Source: a bacterium (GTDB taxonomy: Bacteria; UBA8248). From it: 64,000 bases of DNA. The stretch is taken from positions 480,001 through 544,000 of the forward strand of contig OZ241326.1 in assembly GCA_965199855.1 (NCBI GenBank), read 5' to 3'. The notes under the pieces were generated by a model. It saw nothing but the letters and a program-made list of their open reading frames with translations, had not been told where the DNA came from and ran no database searches. This document shows positions 59,940 to 64,000 of the stretch, piece by piece; the first letter of the stretch is position 1; each line of letters opens with the position of its first letter. The translations under genes and the position numbers were made by a program.

Positions 59940-60503
59940 GCGCGGCGCGGCGGCCCGCGCCCTCGTCCGGCGGGACTCTCGCCTCGAGGCCCCGCGCCTT
60001 CTCGCGCGCCTGGATGGTCTTGAGGCGGGCGAACCTCTCCCGCGCCGCGCGGCGGAAGGTCCGCTCCGGGCAGTCGTGAAAAACGCCCTCCCGCCTCGCC
60101 CGCGTCATGGAGGGATTTCGGCCTCGGCGGGCTCTCCCCGAACGGGGTTTTCCCCCGGACCTGGAGGAGCCACCCGCAATTCGCGCATCCCGCGCGGCTC
60201 GCTTGTCCGCGCATCGACCGCAGGCACCGGCTTTTGCAGGGCCGCCTCGCGTCGAGCCGCTCCGGGGCGAGGCCCTCCGCCTCCCGGGCGGACATGCCGG
60301 GCAAAAGGGCGTATTCGGGAAGCGTTTCCGCGGCGCGCCCGGTGCCGCTCCGCGGTATTCTCGCCCTTCTTACGCGGCGCCGGGGGGCGGAGCGCGGCGC
60401 GCGCGGCCCGATTCCGCGAGGGCGGCCCGATTCCAGGCGGGGGCTTCCCGTGCCATAATGCGCCCTCGCCGGCTCGCTCAGCCCTCGCTCCCCTGGATGC
60501 CCC

Positions 60504-61388
60504 TTGCTCGAATCCCTGCCCCCGGTTCTGCTGTCGCTTCTCTCCGGCGTTTTTCTGGCCGCGGCGCAGACCGTCTATCGCGGCGCCCTTCAGTGGACGG
60601 GGCCGAAGGCGCTCGCCTTCCTGAGCAACCTGACGCTGGCGGCCTACGCCTCGGCCATCTACGCGGCGGGGGCGGGCCTCGAGGCGTGGCCCGCGGCGGG
60701 GATTTTCTGGTTCGCCATGGCGGGGCTTTGCTCCCATTTTCTGGCGCGAAACCTGAACTTCATCTCGGCCGCGCTCATCGGAATGGCGCGCTCGCAGATC
60801 CTGATGCAAATCCACCCCATCTGGAGCGCGCTGCTGGCCGTCCTCCTGCTCGGCGAGACGATCACCGCGCCCGTCGCCCTCGGCACCTGCGCCATCGTCC
60901 TGGGCGCGATCCTGCTGGTGCGGGAGAGGGGCGCCGGGGGCGCGCGCCCCCCGCTCTGGCATTACCTCACCCCGGTTCTGGCGGCTTTCTTCTTCTCCTT
61001 CGCCCCGCCCCTGCGCAAAATCGCGTTTCAGACGATCCCCTCGCCCGCGCTGGGCATCGCGATAGCGACAATCACGGGCGCGCTGCTTCAGCTGGGCTCC
61101 GCGCCGTTCGTCAGGCGCCATGAGCTCGACCCCCGCGGCTGGAGCAGAAAGAGCCTGTGGCCGATTCTCGGCGGCGGGGCTTTCAACGTCATGTCCGGAT
61201 ACGCCTTCTGGCTCGCCATCAAGAACGGAAGGCTCGTGGAGGTGATACCGGTGAACAGGCTCTCCATCCTGTTTCTGATATTGTTCTCCTGGCTTTTTTA
61301 TCAAAAACTGGAGCGCGTCAATTCGCGCGTCGTCGCCGGGGGCGCGCTCGCCGTGGCGGGCGCCGCGGCCATCGTCCTGGACAGATGA
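60504..61388 (+). CDS. EamA/DMT-family transporter
   Basis: 10-TM duplicated architecture, LLGETI. Confidence 0.8.
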   Translation: MLESLPPVLLSLLSGVFLAAAQTVYRGALQWTGPKALAFLSNLTLAAYASAIYAAGAGLEAWPAAGIFWFAMAGLCSHFLARNLNFISAALIGMARSQILMQIHPIWSALLAVLLLGETITAPVALGTCAIVLGAILLVRERGAGGARPPLWHYLTPVLAAFFFSFAPPLRKIAFQTIPSPALGIAIATITGALLQLGSAPFVRRHELDPRGWSRKSLWPILGGGAFNVMSGYAFWLAIKNGRLVEVIPVNRLSILFLILFSWLFYQKLERVNSRVVAGGALAVAGAAAIVLDR

Positions 61389-61476
61389 GCGCCCCGCCGC
61401 CCCTTGCGCCGCTCGTCCCTCGGACGCCTCCGGCGGCCGGCGCGGGGGCTTTCCCGATGATTCCGGGGGCGTCGAT

Positions 61477-62358
61477 ATGGTGAGCCTCGCGGCGGAGGCG
61501 CCGCCGGAGTTTCGCGCGCTGCTGGGCGCGTTCCTCTTCGCCTGCAACCAGATTCTCGTCCGCAGGCTCCTCGAGCGCGCCTCGGCGCTCACGATCATCT
61601 TCTGGGTCAACGGGTGGATGGCGGCGCTCGCCGCCGTTTTCTCGCCCCTGTCGGATCGCTACGAGGGCGACTGGGCGGCCGCGCTCTTCTACTACGCGCT
61701 CATCGGCGCGCTGGGGAATCTCGTGGCGCGCTACTGCGCGCTTCGCTCGAGCGGGGCCGTCGGGGTGAGCCGGACGAACGCGGTCGCGGCGGCGTCTCCC
61801 ATCGGGGCGGCGCTGATGGGCGTGATGATTCTGGGCGAGTGCCCGGGCGCGGGCGTCTGGGCGGGAATCGCGCTCATCGTGGTCGGGCTGGTCTGGCTCA
61901 CCGGCGAGCGGGGCAGGGGCGGCTATCCCCTCGGGCGCTACGCCTTCGCCTTCATCGGGCTGGCGGCGTTCTGCTTCACGCCCTGGCTCCGGAAGGCGGG
62001 CCTCGCCGCCATGGACGCTCCCTGGCTGGGCATTCTCGCGTCCACGCTCGTCGCCGACGCGGGGCTGCTGGCCTCCTCGCGCTTCGCCTCGAAGCCCGAG
62101 AAATTCCAGCCGGACTGGAGAATCGCGATGGCGTGCGCCCCGGCCGGCCTGCTGGCGCTCGCCTCCGCCGCGCTCTTCTGGACGTCGCTGCGCGACGGGC
62201 AGCTCGCGGTGATCGCCCCGCTGATTCGCATGACGCCGATTTTCATCGTCCTGCTCTCGGCCGCGCTGCTGCGCGACCTGGAAGTCGTCACGAAGCGCCT
62301 CGCGGCGGCGACGCTCGTCGTCGCGGCCGGCGCCGCCCTGGTGACGTCGGGCGGGTGA
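61477..62358 (+). CDS. EamA/DMT-family transporter (paralogue of the upstream gene)
   Basis: 10-TM, ILGE.P, PIFIVLLS..L. Confidence 0.8.
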   Translation: MVSLAAEAPPEFRALLGAFLFACNQILVRRLLERASALTIIFWVNGWMAALAAVFSPLSDRYEGDWAAALFYYALIGALGNLVARYCALRSSGAVGVSRTNAVAAASPIGAALMGVMILGECPGAGVWAGIALIVVGLVWLTGERGRGGYPLGRYAFAFIGLAAFCFTPWLRKAGLAAMDAPWLGILASTLVADAGLLASSRFASKPEKFQPDWRIAMACAPAGLLALASAALFWTSLRDGQLAVIAPLIRMTPIFIVLLSAALLRDLEVVTKRLAAATLVVAAGAALVTSGG

Positions 62359-62508
62359 CGCGCGCGCCCGCGCCGCGGGTTCTCGTTTGACCCGGAGCGC
62401 CTCTCTTTGAGAGAATGGCCGCCGCTCATTCTTCAAAGACGCGCTTTCCGCGCTCGCGCTCCCCGGGTCGGGGCGCGGGAGGCCCTTCCGCAGGATCGTG
62501 GGGGTCCG

Positions 62509-62988
62509 ATGAAGATACTCAAGATCATTCCCGAAAGATGCACCGGCTGCATGAGGTGCGAGCTCGCCTGCTCCTACGAGCAGACGGGGACGTTCCAGCC
62601 CTCGAAGGCGGTGATTCGCGTCTCCGCGTTCGAGGGCCACACGAGCTACGCCCCCTACACGTGCCCCCAGTGCGACGAGGCCTGGTGCCTGACGGCGTGC
62701 CCGGTCGAGGCCATCGGCATCTCGCCCGCCGGGGCGAAGGACGTGGCGGACGACGTTTGCGTGGGCTGCAAGCTGTGCGCCATCGCCTGCCCCTACGGGA
62801 CGATGTTCTACGACGTCGACGCCCGCAAGGCGTTCAAGTGCGACCTGTGCGGGGGGAATCCCGCCTGCGTCTCCGTGTGCCCCACCGACGCCATCCTCTA
62901 CGAGGAGGCCGCGAAGACCGACTGGGTCGGGCCCTTCGCCGCGGAGCGGGCGAAGTCGCCCGCCGGCCCGCTCGCGGAGGCGATCTGA
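62509..62988 (+). CDS. Four-cluster [4Fe-4S] electron-transfer protein (DmsB/HydN/AorA-like)
   Basis: CTGCMRCELAC, CPQC...CLTACP, CVGCKLCAIACP, KCDLC...CVSVCP. Confidence 0.9.
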   Translation: MKILKIIPERCTGCMRCELACSYEQTGTFQPSKAVIRVSAFEGHTSYAPYTCPQCDEAWCLTACPVEAIGISPAGAKDVADDVCVGCKLCAIACPYGTMFYDVDARKAFKCDLCGGNPACVSVCPTDAILYEEAAKTDWVGPFAAERAKSPAGPLAEAI

Positions 62989-62989
62989 C

Positions 62990-64000
62990 ATGGCCAGACA
63001 CGTCATCGTGGGCGGGGGAACCGCCGGCTGGAACGCCATCACCACCCTCCGGGAGCTGGACGGAGGCGATTCCGAAATCGTCCTCGTCGCGGACGAGACG
63101 CCCTATTCGCGGATGGTGCTGCCCTACTACCTGTCGCGCGGCATCGCCGAGTCCCACGTCTATACCGCGCCGCCCGCCCGGCTCGCGGCGCTGAACGTGG
63201 AGGCGAGGCTCGGGGCGCGCGCCGAGCGCATCGACGCGGCCGCGAACAGGCTCCTCCTCGCGGGCGGCGACGAGATTGAATACGACAACCTCCTGCTCGC
63301 CACGGGCTCCTCCCCGGTGAAGGCGCCCGTGCCTGGCGCCGAGGGCGAGAGGGTGCACAGCTTCTGGACGCTGCCCCAGGCGCGCGCGGTGGCCTCCGGC
63401 GCGCGCGAGGGCGCCCGCGTGGCGATGATCGGGGCGGGGTTCATCGCCTTCACGATTCTGAACTCCTTGGTGGGCCGGGGGGTGAAGCTCACCGTGGTGG
63501 AGCTCGAATCGCGCATCCTGCCCCGGATGATAGACGACGCGGGCGCGCGAATCGTCCAGGACTGGCTCGCCCGGCGCGGCGTGGAGGCGCGAACCTCCGC
63601 CCGGGTGGCCTCCATCGAGGACGCGGGCGGCGCGAAGCTCCTCAAGTTCAGGGACGGCGCGGAGCTCGAGGTCGATATGGTCGTCATGGCCACCGGAATC
63701 AGACCCAACGTCGACCTGGCGGCGGCGGCCGGCCTCGAGGTGAACCAGGGCGTCGTGGTGGACGATCGTTGCCGCTCGAGCGTGAAGAACATCTACGCGG
63801 CGGGCGACGTCGCGGAAGGCCCCGACGCCGTGACGGGCGAGCGCGCCGTGCACGCCATCGAACCCACCGCCGTGCAGCACGGCCGCGTGGCGGCGGCGAA
63901 CATGGCGGGCCGCGACGCCGCGTACAAGGGCAGCCTGCTGATGAACATCGTGGACGTTCTGGACCTCGAAATCGCCAGCTTCGGCCGCTGGGACGACGCG
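62990..64000 (+). CDS. FAD/NAD(P)-dependent oxidoreductase (Pyr_redox_2, AorC/NirB-N-like), 3'-truncated by the window
   Basis: Manual translation: MARHVIVGGGTAG..PYSR..LLLATGS..IGAGFI..ATGIRPN..IYAAGD; open to the end. Confidence 0.9.
   Translation, partial: MARHVIVGGGTAGWNAITTLRELDGGDSEIVLVADETPYSRMVLPYYLSRGIAESHVYTAPPARLAALNVEARLGARAERIDAAANRLLLAGGDEIEYDNLLLATGSSPVKAPVPGAEGERVHSFWTLPQARAVASGAREGARVAMIGAGFIAFTILNSLVGRGVKLTVVELESRILPRMIDDAGARIVQDWLARRGVEARTSARVASIEDAGGAKLLKFRDGAELEVDMVVMATGIRPNVDLAAAAGLEVNQGVVVDDRCRSSVKNIYAAGDVAEGPDAVTGERAVHAIEPTAVQHGRVAAANMAGRDAAYKGSLLMNIVDVLDLEIASFGRWDDA

Noticed and set aside
59857-60108. Small minus-strand ORF with a helical-looking core (RTFRRAARERFARLKTIQAREKARG)
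   Set aside because: No RBS, overlaps the LOG 3' end and has no recognisable family; not supportable, though the ~560-bp gap 59940-60503 remains unexplained

Overview
A 64-kb stretch of a very GC-rich, diderm bacterial chromosome; the lineage cannot be fixed from the sequence alone. Most of it is housekeeping and metabolic: CoA transferase, a xanthine-oxidase-family Mo subunit, aroE, mreB, class I aldolase and FBPase, bioD, nagA, an Slt-anmK peptidoglycan-recycling block, a complete tolQRAB-pal-cpoB cluster, ligA, galU, two CNNM proteins, LOG, three EamA transporters and the start of an FeS/flavoprotein operon. Three lower-GC, integrase-free inserts interrupt it. (1) A four-gene operon, vsr - MORC/GHKL ATPase fused to a histidine kinase - receiver-domain protein with an unknown C-terminal domain - C5 DNA methyltransferase (14468-19296), is the best candidate for an uncharacterised, phosphorelay-coupled restriction-modification/defence system. 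(2) A class II Fic gene preceded by an AT-rich array of TTTG(A/T/G)C repeats. (3) An N4-C-type MTase paired with a QxK-type nuclease. The ORF track misses a GrdB/PrdB-like selenoprotein (in-frame UGA, UxxC, SECIS-like hairpin, 268-1047), a frameshifted NUDIX gene and partial genes at both ends. Also notable are a degenerate GAF-GAF-GGDEF gene coupled to a solitary mreB, a pseudo-histidine kinase and a TRAP binding protein without a signal peptide. No rRNA, tRNA, CRISPR array or transposase was recognised. All family calls come from reading motifs by eye; no searches were run.
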